In this document: piece by piece, positions 9,802 to 18,639 of the stretch | Layout of the letters: each line of letters starts with the position of its first letter | Position numbering within the stretch: the stretch's first letter is position 1 | Notes under the pieces: model-generated | The model's database searches: none | Told to the model about the DNA's origin: nothing | Seen by the model: only the letters and a program-made list of their open reading frames with translations | Assembly (NCBI GenBank): GCA_046290465.1 | Contig: JBKAGP010000001.1 | Span: forward strand, 1,056,001 to 1,120,000 | Source: Planctomycetota bacterium | Lineage (GTDB): Bacteria > Planctomycetota > UBA1135 > UBA2386 | DNA: 64,000 nt | Reading direction: 5' to 3' | Position numbers and translations under genes: made by a program

Positions 9802-11958
9802 ATGCTCCACCGTCCATGCATCCACGTGCTGTTCGCCGCCATGGCAGCAGCTTCTCCGTGCGCCCAGCAGACTGCGGACGATTCCGCCTCGCTCGACCGT
9901 GCGATCGCCACCGCGCGGCTGGTGCCGCTGCACACCCAGGCGGCCGTCGCCGACCAGCCGGACTACGGCTGGTGGGCCGGCGGCCCGTCGTGGAAGGCGT
10001 CGTTCCACGACGGCTTCGCCTTCTATCCGTATCGCGGCGGCGAACGCGAACGGGTACAGCTGCACTGGCGCACGGCGTCGATCACGGCAGGCGGCGAGGC
10101 GCTTGCGCTCGACGCGTGCGGCTCGTCGCAGACCGACGACTGCTACCAGACGCACTATCCCGGCGTGACCGAGCGGTACGAACTGCGCGAGCAGGGCGTC
10201 GAACAGAAGTTCGTGTTCGATCGCCGGCCGGCAAGGCCCGGCGCGATCGTGGTCACCGGCCGCTTGTCCGGCGACTTCGAGGTCGACTCGCGCACGGCGC
10301 GACACGACGAACTGCTGTTCTCCATCGACGATGAACCGACGGTGCGCTACGGCAAGGCCTTTGCGATCGACGCCGACGGCCGCCAGGTCGCGGTGCCGGC
10401 GAGCGTCGACGGCGACCTGCTGCAGCTGCACGTGCCGGCCGAGTTCGTCGCGGCCGCGCGCTTCCCGCTGATCCTCGACCCGCTGGTCGGCAATGCGCTG
10501 ATCAACTCCAACTTCAACAGCGCACCTGCGACCTCGATCTCGGTCGCGTGCTCCACCGTGCTCGACCAGATGGTGGTCACGTTCGTGCGCAAGTTCGCCG
10601 CCAACGACCTCGACGCCTACTCGCTCTCAGGCAAGAAGGACTTCACCGCGTTCACCTACCACTGGATCGACAACTCGGCCAGCTGGACGACGCCCGAGGT
10701 CGACGTCGCCTACTGTGCCGGCGAGCGCAGCTACGTGATCGCGTTCGTTCGTGCCGGCGGGTCGTTCGATCTCCCGTACCTGTATGTGCAGCGCGACGAC
10801 CAGATGCAGAACAACACCGGCGCGACCACGTCGTTCACGCTGGGAGTCCCCGGCAACCAATGGGCGGAACCATCCGTCGGCGGTGGCTACGGTTCGTGCG
10901 GCAAGGCGCTCGCGATGTGGACGTTCTCGACCGCCGGCAGCAAGCACGTCACGTGCGCCGTCGTCGACTGCGCCAACCCGCTTGGCGGCCTCACGTATTG
11001 GAATCCGAGCACCGTGCTCCCGTACGACGAAGCCGACCAGCCGGACGTGATGCCGATGACCAGGGACGGCCAGGCGTGGCGCATCGCCTGGCACGCGATC
11101 GCCGGCGGTGAGCACGAGATCCGCAGCGCCGACGTCGCGCAGAACGGCGGCACCTTCGGCCCGTTCATCCTCGAACGCACCGCCGCGACGATGGGCTCGC
11201 CGCAGATCGCCGGAACGATCACCAGCTCCGGCGGGCTCTCGACCGTGCTCGTGTGGGAACGCGCCGGGCCGTTCAACCCGGTGATCCGCATGACCGACTT
11301 CTCCCTGAACCCGCCGCGCACCATCGCGACGGGGCCGCTGCTGCGGCTCCGCGACCTGGTCGCAGACGCAACCACTGCCGCCAACTACCTGATGACCTAC
11401 TCGGCCGTCGTCGGCCTCAACCTCGATGTGTTCGTGGTGCGGCTCGGCGGCACCGGCAACGACGTGCAGACCGAAACCCTGGGTCCGTATGGCAGCGTCG
11501 CCATGTGCTTCGAACCGGCGGGAGAACCGGACTTCCTGATCGCCTACGACCATGCGGGGCCGCTGCGGCAGATCCGCGGCACGACGTTCGTCTATCCCGC
11601 CGGCGCGCAGTCGGTGCCGTACGGCTCGGGCTGCTCACCGGCTTCGCTGTCGGCGCCGTATCCGTTCGCCGGCAACCACAACTTCGAGGTCACCGTCGGC
11701 GGCCTGACGCCCAACACACCGGTGGTCCTGGCCGTCGGCGTCGCGGCGGCCAACGTCAGCCTGCAGCCGCTCGGGATCCCGTGCCCGCTGCTGGTTTCGC
11801 CGACCGTGACCTATGCAGCGGTCGGAACGGCTGGCGCCGGCGTGTCGTTTCCGATCCCGCTGCCGGACGACCCGGTGTTCGTCGGCGACCTCTACGTGCA
11901 GGCGATCCTGCCGTTCGCGTCGCAAGCTACGGCTGGGATGCGCATCCAGGTGCGGTGA
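9802..11958 (+). CDS. Secreted multidomain protein with CTD, paralog 2 (tandem duplicate)
   Basis: ATG 11 nt after the paralog 1 stop. Colinear with 7637-9790. Signal peptide SPCA|Q. Confidence 0.85.
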   Translation: MLHRPCIHVLFAAMAAASPCAQQTADDSASLDRAIATARLVPLHTQAAVADQPDYGWWAGGPSWKASFHDGFAFYPYRGGERERVQLHWRTASITAGGEALALDACGSSQTDDCYQTHYPGVTERYELREQGVEQKFVFDRRPARPGAIVVTGRLSGDFEVDSRTARHDELLFSIDDEPTVRYGKAFAIDADGRQVAVPASVDGDLLQLHVPAEFVAAARFPLILDPLVGNALINSNFNSAPATSISVACSTVLDQMVVTFVRKFAANDLDAYSLSGKKDFTAFTYHWIDNSASWTTPEVDVAYCAGERSYVIAFVRAGGSFDLPYLYVQRDDQMQNNTGATTSFTLGVPGNQWAEPSVGGGYGSCGKALAMWTFSTAGSKHVTCAVVDCANPLGGLTYWNPSTVLPYDEADQPDVMPMTRDGQAWRIAWHAIAGGEHEIRSADVAQNGGTFGPFILERTAATMGSPQIAGTITSSGGLSTVLVWERAGPFNPVIRMTDFSLNPPRTIATGPLLRLRDLVADATTAANYLMTYSAVVGLNLDVFVVRLGGTGNDVQTETLGPYGSVAMCFEPAGEPDFLIAYDHAGPLRQIRGTTFVYPAGAQSVPYGSGCSPASLSAPYPFAGNHNFEVTVGGLTPNTPVVLAVGVAAANVSLQPLGIPCPLLVSPTVTYAAVGTAGAGVSFPIPLPDDPVFVGDLYVQAILPFASQATAGMRIQVR

Positions 11959-12073
11959 CGCGCGAGCTCGGCTCCGCCCACCGATCGCGTCCCCTCGCCC
12001 CATCCCCGGCGATGCCAGGCGATCGGCCAGGAACGCCACTCGGCGGCACGCGCGCACTGCCGGCGATCGCCGA

Positions 12074-12571
12074 CTAGAACCTCTTCACGATGCGCAGCAT
12101 GCGCGCCTGCGCCGCGTCGACCGAGAGCTGCTCCTGGGCCTCGTTGGCGAGATGCAGCGCGCCGGAGGCCAGCTTCGGCCGCACGATCCAGCGACCGCGT
12201 TGCTCGGCGAACGACTGGAGCTCCTGACGATGGCCTTCGAGCCATCGCTCGACGTCGGCCCCCTTGTCGGCACCGGGCTCGATGCGCAGCTCGGGCAGCA
12301 CCACCAGCAGGTCGCCCCGATCCTCGAAGATCGGCAGCAGCGCATCGCCGGCCTCGAGCGACGCGCGATCCTGGTCGACCAGCCCCCCTGCCGGCACGAC
12401 CGCGACGCCGCGCCGCGAACGCAGCGACTCCTGGATCTCGCGCTGCGCGCCGTCCGAGACCTTGCACGACGACGCACGGTGCTGGTCGACGGCGACGAAG
12501 TCCCGGCTCGGCGTCAGCTCGATGCGCTTGCCGTCCGCGTAGTAGTAGTCGCCCGAGTGCTGCTCGCTCAT
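12074..12571 (-). CDS. Stand-alone subtilase propeptide-like (inhibitor-like) protein
   Basis: ATGA overlap with the protease stop. YYYADGKRIEL...LPIF...LVVLPEL...ALHLANE...V..A resembles S8 pro-regions, including that of the adjacent protease. Confidence 0.7.
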   Translation of the reverse strand: MSEQHSGDYYYADGKRIELTPSRDFVAVDQHRASSCKVSDGAQREIQESLRSRRGVAVVPAGGLVDQDRASLEAGDALLPIFEDRGDLLVVLPELRIEPGADKGADVERWLEGHRQELQSFAEQRGRWIVRPKLASGALHLANEAQEQLSVDAAQARMLRIVKRF

Positions 12572-14043
12572 GGATGGCGTCGCGCCAGCCACAGGGCGCG
12601 GTAGACGTTGAGTCTACCGTGACCGACGGTCGGGTTGGGGAACGACGATCCCCCGACGTGGTCGCAGCCGTCGACGATCAGCTGCCGCACCTGCTGCTCG
12701 TTGAGGTCGGGCCGCAGGCTCAGGATCAACGCCGCCGCGGCCGCGGCCTGCGGCGTGGCGCTCGACGTGCCGTTGAACGAGTCGGTCCACATGCTCGCCG
12801 AGTAGCCGCGGCTGCCGCGGATGTCCGCCGTCCGGATCCCCACTCCCGGGGCGACCAGGTCGAGCTCGGGGCCGTGGCTGCTGGCCCACCAGTTCTCCCC
12901 GTCGGCCGAGGTCTTCGTCTTGCGCTTGTCCCACTGGTTGCTGGCCCCAACCGTCAGCATGCCGGGCAGGTCGGCCGGGAAGCCGATGGCGACGTCCTCG
13001 TTGCCGGCCGCGACCGCCACGACCGCCCCCAGACCACCGCGCCCCTGCGTGCGCGCCCGCTCGAACGCGCGGATGATCGCGTCCGACGGCAGACCGCCGC
13101 CCCACGAGTTGGACAGCACGTCGCAGTTCTGGTCGTCCCACGACCAGTCGATCGCGTCGGCGGTGTCGAAGTCGTCGAAGATCCAGAAGCCGAAGTTGTC
13201 GCTCTTGGCAATGCGGACCCCGACGATGCTGACCCCGGGCGCGACGCCGCGGCGGTCGGCGTGACGTGATGCGATGATGCCGGCGCAGGCGGTGCCGTGC
13301 GCGTCGTCACGGTCCGGCCGAGCCGTCGCGTTGTTGTCGACGAAGTCCGCCTCCGCAACGACCGGAAGCCACGGGTGCGTCGAGTCGACGCCCTCGTCGA
13401 GAACGGCGACGCGGATCGCCGCGTCGCCTTCGGTGATGCTCCACGCGGCCAGCGCGTGCACGTCGGCGCCGGGCACTCCCGGAGAACCGTCGTTGCGCAG
13501 GTGCCACGACGACGTCGCCGTCGACGAACTCGGGGCCGGCCGCTGCACGGCGCGCAGCAGGTTGGGACTCGCCGACGCGCAGGTGCCGAGCTGGGTCAGT
13601 TCCTGGGCAGCATCGAACACACTGCGGATGCCGACCTCGTCGCCGTCGGGGGCCTGGAACAGGGACTTGTCGCGCCGTCCTCCCTGCACCTCGACGAAGC
13701 CCCGGTCGGCCAGCCAGCGCAGGGCGGCAGCCCGCGGTTGTTCGACGATCAGGCTCTGCGTCGGGATATGGATGACGCCGCGCTCGCCCTGCGGTGGCAC
13801 CACCATCAGGGCGTCCTCGCGGATCTCGTGGAAGCGCGCCTTCAGGCGCGATGCCTGGTGGTGCAGCGTCGCGGCGACCCCTGCGAGCGCCTGCTTCACC
13901 GGCGCCGACTTGCGCACCCCGCGCAGTCCCTGCGGGCCGGGGGACGACGGCCCGAACGAGGACAGGCTGCGCATGCGCAGTTCGACGGTCTTGCCGGCTG
14001 CCCGGAACTTCAACGAGAGACCCTTCTTGCTCTTGGTTGCCAT
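12568..14043 (-). CDS. S8 family subtilisin-like serine peptidase, no signal peptide
   Basis: Catalytic motifs VAVLDEGVD, HGTACAG and FNGTSSATP, plus oxyanion motif AAGNE. Confidence 0.93.
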   Translation of the reverse strand: MATKSKKGLSLKFRAAGKTVELRMRSLSSFGPSSPGPQGLRGVRKSAPVKQALAGVAATLHHQASRLKARFHEIREDALMVVPPQGERGVIHIPTQSLIVEQPRAAALRWLADRGFVEVQGGRRDKSLFQAPDGDEVGIRSVFDAAQELTQLGTCASASPNLLRAVQRPAPSSSTATSSWHLRNDGSPGVPGADVHALAAWSITEGDAAIRVAVLDEGVDSTHPWLPVVAEADFVDNNATARPDRDDAHGTACAGIIASRHADRRGVAPGVSIVGVRIAKSDNFGFWIFDDFDTADAIDWSWDDQNCDVLSNSWGGGLPSDAIIRAFERARTQGRGGLGAVVAVAAGNEDVAIGFPADLPGMLTVGASNQWDKRKTKTSADGENWWASSHGPELDLVAPGVGIRTADIRGSRGYSASMWTDSFNGTSSATPQAAAAAALILSLRPDLNEQQVRQLIVDGCDHVGGSSFPNPTVGHGRLNVYRALWLARRHP

Positions 14044-14047
14044 CTTG

Positions 14048-14899
14048 CTAGTTGCCTCCGAGCTGACGGAGAATGCGGTGCCGCGAGGCCACGCGCGCCG
14101 GATCGTGGGCGCCCGCCGCGGCCGCAGCGCCCGCCGCGGCCGGACCGGCACCACCCCAGTTGGGGAAGAAGCGGAGGTTGGTCTGGGCCTCGATCGTCGC
14201 GACATCGACGACGAGCTCGTCGAGCGGCGTCCACTTGTCCTCGTCCTGCTCGATGCGGAAGGCGACGACGTCGACGTTGCTGCGACGGTCCCACGGATAG
14301 CGGAACGGGTCGACGGTGATACAGAAGTAGGCGTCCGGGATCGGCACCTTCTTGCCACCCGCACGATCGAGCGTGTCGGGATCGTCCCCGAAGATCGGCC
14401 CGACGATGCACCACACGTGATCGCGCTCCGAGGTGTTCTCGATGTTGCGGATCGCGTTCTCGAGCTTGGCCCACACCCCGGTGTTGAGCGTGCCGCGCTG
14501 CGGACTCATGTTGGACATGAAGAACGTCTCCATCTGCGCGAGGCGCCCGAACTGCAGGTTGATGACCTCGTTCGGCACCATGTGCCCGACGTGGTAGGCG
14601 ATGTTGTTCTTCTTGCCGAACGTCTGCGGCCCGATGCGCTCCGCCGCCGCCAGGCGGGGATCGTCGTAATACAGATGGGGCCGGTCGTACTTCACGTCCC
14701 TGGTCGCGAGCGCGACCCGATCGGCCGTCCACGCGGGCTGCAGCCGCTCGGCGCAGTAGCCGACGACGAAGCCGTGGTTGACCAGGATCTGGATCGGACG
14801 CTGCGCATCCTGATTCTGTGGAGCGCCCTTGAAGACGATCAGGTCGATCAGGTGCGCCATCGGCTGGCTGCTCGGATGGATGGTCGTGTGGTCGGTCAT
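14048..14899 (-). CDS. DNA/RNA non-specific endonuclease (NucA/EndoG, His-Me finger), no signal peptide
   Basis: YHVGHMVP (DRGH-like), ETFFMSNMSPQ...LN.GVW..LE, GPIF, VPIPDAYF and IEAQTNLRFF motifs. Confidence 0.92.
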   Translation of the reverse strand: MTDHTTIHPSSQPMAHLIDLIVFKGAPQNQDAQRPIQILVNHGFVVGYCAERLQPAWTADRVALATRDVKYDRPHLYYDDPRLAAAERIGPQTFGKKNNIAYHVGHMVPNEVINLQFGRLAQMETFFMSNMSPQRGTLNTGVWAKLENAIRNIENTSERDHVWCIVGPIFGDDPDTLDRAGGKKVPIPDAYFCITVDPFRYPWDRRSNVDVVAFRIEQDEDKWTPLDELVVDVATIEAQTNLRFFPNWGGAGPAAAGAAAAAGAHDPARVASRHRILRQLGGN

Positions 14900-14937
14900 G
14901 GCGCGAAGTCACCGGGCGAATGGGGCGGCACGTTCCA

Positions 14938-14969
14938 CCAATTGGGAACCCACCCAATTGGGAACCCAC
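14938..14969. repeat. Perfect 16-bp tandem repeat (2 copies) containing the palindrome CCAATTGG; putative operator
   Basis: ccaattgggaacccac twice, 39-70 bp upstream of the nuclease ATG. Confidence 0.7.
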
Positions 14970-14976
14970 TCCGACC

Positions 14977-15003
14977 AACGCATTCCCGCCGCCATACCTG
15001 ACA
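14977..15003 (-). promoter_or_regulatory. ECF-sigma-like promoter for the nuclease operon
   Basis: Minus-strand TGTCAG-N17-CGTT immediately upstream of the tandem repeat. Confidence 0.4.
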
Positions 15004-15422
15004 ACTTTTCTCGCGATCCCGGCCCGCCCGGATCGCGAGCGGCGACGGGCGCACCGCTGGCACGATCTCGAGGCCGGCGCGCGCGATCTCGCCAAACCGC
15101 CGTAGCGACGTCTCGGCGGCATGCACCGCGTCGAGCGTGTCGACGTTCCACGCACGGGCTCTCGCCAGTGCCGCAAGTCGTTGCCGCCGCCCCTTGCGAG
15201 CAGTTCGATGCTACTGAAGGCCCCGCAGACGACCAGACAGGTCCCTGGCGCCGCGAAGCCGAACGGCAGGTCCTGCTCGTCGCGGCCCTCGGCGCCGTTC
15301 TCGCGTGACCGCCAGCGCAATTGCTGTTCCTCGCCACGGACTTGCCGAGACAGCAGCGGCAGCGGTTCGCCGGCCCGGCCGCGCGATTCCAACGGGTCGC
15401 GAGGTTAGCATGCTGCGCAACC

Positions 15423-16292
15423 ATGCATGACTCGCCGACCTCGCGCTTCCATTGCCGCTTGCTCGCCCTCGCCCTCGGCCTGCTGGTGACCAGTGCCTGC
15501 GGAACGACGACCCCGACGGTCGCCGCTGGTTCCAAGCTGGAAACCGGCATCGGGCTGACGATGATCCGGGTGGCTGCCGGCAAATTCTATATGGGGAGTC
15601 CGGAGTCCGAAGCCGGGCGAGATGGCGACGAGCTACGACACGAGGTGGAATTGACCGAGGGGTTCTGGCTCGGGCAGACCGAAGTCACGCAGGGACAGTG
15701 GCGAGCAGTGATGGGCACCGAGCCGTGGAAGGGGCTGGCCTACGAGCACAACCACGATCAGGTCGCGGCAACCTATGTGTCCCACGACGACGCGCTTGAG
15801 TTCTGCCGCAAGTTGACCGAACGCGAACGAGAGGCGGGCCGGTTGCCCGATGGACACCGCTTCACCCTGCCTACGGAAGCCGAGTGGGAGTTTGCGACGC
15901 GAGCGGGCTCGGACTCGCCCTACCCGTCTGGGGACGACGCCAGCGAACTGCGCGCGTTCGCCGTCTATCCGGGAGCCAGGGATGGCGAGCACGCCCATGC
16001 GGTCAAGGGCCGCCGCCCCAACGCCTGGGGATTCTACGATCTGATCGGCAACGTCTCCGAGTGGTGCGCCGACTCCGGCGCTTCCAAGGACGGCGTCGTC
16101 ACCAATACGTACACGCCTGGCGTGGTCGATCCGCTGGGGCTGGAGGGCCCGCTGCGCGTTCACCGAGGCGGCAGCTGGTATTCGCCCGCATCCGGCAGCC
16201 GGCCCGCGGATCGCAGCTGCGCGACCCCCGACCACGCCGACTTCCGGGTCGGCTTCCGCCCCGTTCTCACGCGAAGGCAAGAGATCAAGTAG
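15423..16292 (+). CDS. Formylglycine-generating enzyme (FGE-sulfatase/SUMF1) domain lipoprotein
   Basis: F.MGS, TEVTQGQW, LPTEAEWEFA.RAG, PNAWGFYDLIGNVSEW, RGGSW and GFR motifs. Lipobox VTSAC. Confidence 0.9.
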   Translation: MHDSPTSRFHCRLLALALGLLVTSACGTTTPTVAAGSKLETGIGLTMIRVAAGKFYMGSPESEAGRDGDELRHEVELTEGFWLGQTEVTQGQWRAVMGTEPWKGLAYEHNHDQVAATYVSHDDALEFCRKLTEREREAGRLPDGHRFTLPTEAEWEFATRAGSDSPYPSGDDASELRAFAVYPGARDGEHAHAVKGRRPNAWGFYDLIGNVSEWCADSGASKDGVVTNTYTPGVVDPLGLEGPLRVHRGGSWYSPASGSRPADRSCATPDHADFRVGFRPVLTRRQEIK

Positions 16293-16372
16293 ACAGCCGG
16301 CCAGGGCTGCCGGTTCAACGGATCTTGCCACGTGACTCGGCCACGAGGTGCTCGATGGCCGATGGCGCGCGG

Positions 16373-18553
16373 CTATCTGCCGTCGATCCAGCGCTGCAGT
16401 CTCTGGCGCCGTCGCTTGTCGTCGAGGGCATCGACGGCGCTCTGCAATGCCGGCAGATGCCCGTCCGCCCGAAACCGGGCGACCCATGCGACGAACCGTC
16501 GCTTTGTCGCAGCGAGACTGGTGCCATTACTCAGCCGATCCCACTCGATGATCCTGGCAGCGGTCGCTTTGCCCGTCGGCTCGTCGCCTATGGCGCGCGC
16601 GAGCTGCTCGCTCTGCAGCGCCCGCGTCGCGGCTGGGCGCAGTTCGGTGTAGCCGTCCGGCGCGCTGCCTCCCGACCCGAACCACCAGCGCAATCGGTCG
16701 ATCTCGAGGTCGAGCGCCGCGCCCGCCAGCGGGCCCCGGCGTAGCTCGGTCTCGAGTTCGTCGACACGGCGCGCAATCCACGCCGCTGGATCCGCGGGCG
16801 CTGCGCCGGCGAGATCATTGGGAGCGATTCGCAGACCGAGACTGGTGACGACCGGGCTGCTGCCGAACGTCTCGGCAAGCAGCTGGTCCGCAAGCCTGCG
16901 GTCGTCGACCGAAAACGGGGGAAGCACCCGGTCGAGGTACGGAGAGAGCGCGTGGAGCGCGCGCAGTTCGGGTCGGTCCGAATCGCCGCCTCGCCGTGCG
17001 TCGCCGACGTCGAGCGGCGGCATCCAGCTGCGTTCGAGGATCGATGCGACCTGAAGGTACTGTGCAGCGGCGACAGCACGCTGGCCCCGCTCGAGGGCCG
17101 ATCCCGCCGCCGCCCGCAGCGGCGCGCATGCCTCCTGCATCACCGTGCTCAAGAACTCGTCGGCGACGCGCCGCACGGCCGAGGAAGTTCGCACGTTTTC
17201 CATCCTGGTCAGCTCGAATCGCTGGCGGTCGATCGAGGCGATGCGCTCTTCGAGCGAACCGGCACGTTCATAACGCGCACACCATGAGAGCATGCTGTCC
17301 AGCAGCGAAGGCGGCAGGTCCTGCGGCCGCAGCTGACGAACGCGTCGCGCCTCGAGCGCCACGTAGCGGGCTGCCCGCAGCCTGCCTTCGTTGCGAAGGC
17401 GGATCGCCTGACGGTCGATGGCGTCGGCGAGGCCGTCCTCCAGGACGCTTGGAGCAAGAAACTCCGGGCGATCGCGGTCCCGCCGCAGCTTCATCAGCAG
17501 ACCGCGGGCTTCGCCATAGTCGCTGCTGCGCGCGAACGCATGCACGACGCGCGCCCGCTCGACCAGCCGCTGGTCGGCAAGCGTTTCCGCGGTCAGGATC
17601 CAGCGCCAGAAACCTCGCTCGATGGTCGTCAGCGCATCTCGTGTGGTCGCGCGACGCGCCGCGGTCATCAGGTCGGCTACCAGAGGATCGTTGCGGTCGC
17701 GGCGCCGCACCCGTTGCGCTAGCAACGCGTCGCGCCGTGGCCGCACGTCGGACCAGGCGAGTAAGCGCTGCCACGCCGGCAGCTGCCGCCAGGCGGTCAG
17801 GGCCTGCTGCTCCAGCGATGCGACTCGTTCAAGCAGAGCCTCATCGTGCGCTGTGATCCGGGGCTCCAGCAGGCGGCGCGCTGCGTCGAGCCGCTCGTCG
17901 GCCGTGGTTCCGTGGGCGCCACCACTTGCAAGGCTGCTCCGGATCCGGGATTCCGCGAGCGCAGCGGCCGCAATGTCCGGGCCCGCGATCGCGTCGAACA
18001 GCACGTCCAGCGCCACGCCCTCGATGGCGGCGACCGCGTCGGCATCGGCCAGCCGCACCACGCTGTCGACCGTTCCTTCGTGGACGAGCAAGAACACGCC
18101 TTCGCAGGAACAGGACCACAGCAGTGCGTCCCGACGCAAGTCGATCAGATGCTGTCGGGACATCGTCCCGCGATCACGCGCGACGGGCACCCGGACCGCT
18201 GCGACCGGGAAGCCAACGGTGATGTCGGCCTGGGCCGCATACGCGCCCAGCGGCAGCTGTGCTTCGTCGGGGTAGCACCACTGCGACACCTCGGCGCGGT
18301 TGCCTCGCCCTACCGCGCGCACGAAGTAGGCGTGAGGCATCGGATCCGGCGCGTAGCGGACCTTGACGCCGCGCCATGTGTCCGACAGCGGATCTCCGAT
18401 GCGCAAGCCCGCAGGGAACGACGTGTGGACCACCTCGGCAGGCGTCCGGGCCGCTACCGCAGGCAGGGGCTCGTCGGGAGCCGGCGCAATGCCACAGCTG
18501 CTCATGATCAGAGCAGCCATGCCGAGACCTGTCTGTTGGCAGCGATCGAACAT
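16373..18553 (-). CDS. Hypothetical helical protein, possible lipoprotein
   Basis: Long ORF filling the gap. N-terminal LIMSSC lipobox-like motif. Confidence 0.65.
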   Translation of the reverse strand: MFDRCQQTGLGMAALIMSSCGIAPAPDEPLPAVAARTPAEVVHTSFPAGLRIGDPLSDTWRGVKVRYAPDPMPHAYFVRAVGRGNRAEVSQWCYPDEAQLPLGAYAAQADITVGFPVAAVRVPVARDRGTMSRQHLIDLRRDALLWSCSCEGVFLLVHEGTVDSVVRLADADAVAAIEGVALDVLFDAIAGPDIAAAALAESRIRSSLASGGAHGTTADERLDAARRLLEPRITAHDEALLERVASLEQQALTAWRQLPAWQRLLAWSDVRPRRDALLAQRVRRRDRNDPLVADLMTAARRATTRDALTTIERGFWRWILTAETLADQRLVERARVVHAFARSSDYGEARGLLMKLRRDRDRPEFLAPSVLEDGLADAIDRQAIRLRNEGRLRAARYVALEARRVRQLRPQDLPPSLLDSMLSWCARYERAGSLEERIASIDRQRFELTRMENVRTSSAVRRVADEFLSTVMQEACAPLRAAAGSALERGQRAVAAAQYLQVASILERSWMPPLDVGDARRGGDSDRPELRALHALSPYLDRVLPPFSVDDRRLADQLLAETFGSSPVVTSLGLRIAPNDLAGAAPADPAAWIARRVDELETELRRGPLAGAALDLEIDRLRWWFGSGGSAPDGYTELRPAATRALQSEQLARAIGDEPTGKATAARIIEWDRLSNGTSLAATKRRFVAWVARFRADGHLPALQSAVDALDDKRRRQRLQRWIDGR

Positions 18554-18639
18554 ACCATCTCATCGTCCACGGCAACGCGACGACTTGCGACCGCCGAGTT
18601 TCCTTCACCGCAGGCACCGCAGAGACCGATCTTCCTCCG

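Noticed and set aside
7752..10518. Diversity-generating retroelement template/variable repeat pair
   Set aside because: Both copies are coding, the differences are not adenine-specific, and no reverse transcriptase is in the window.
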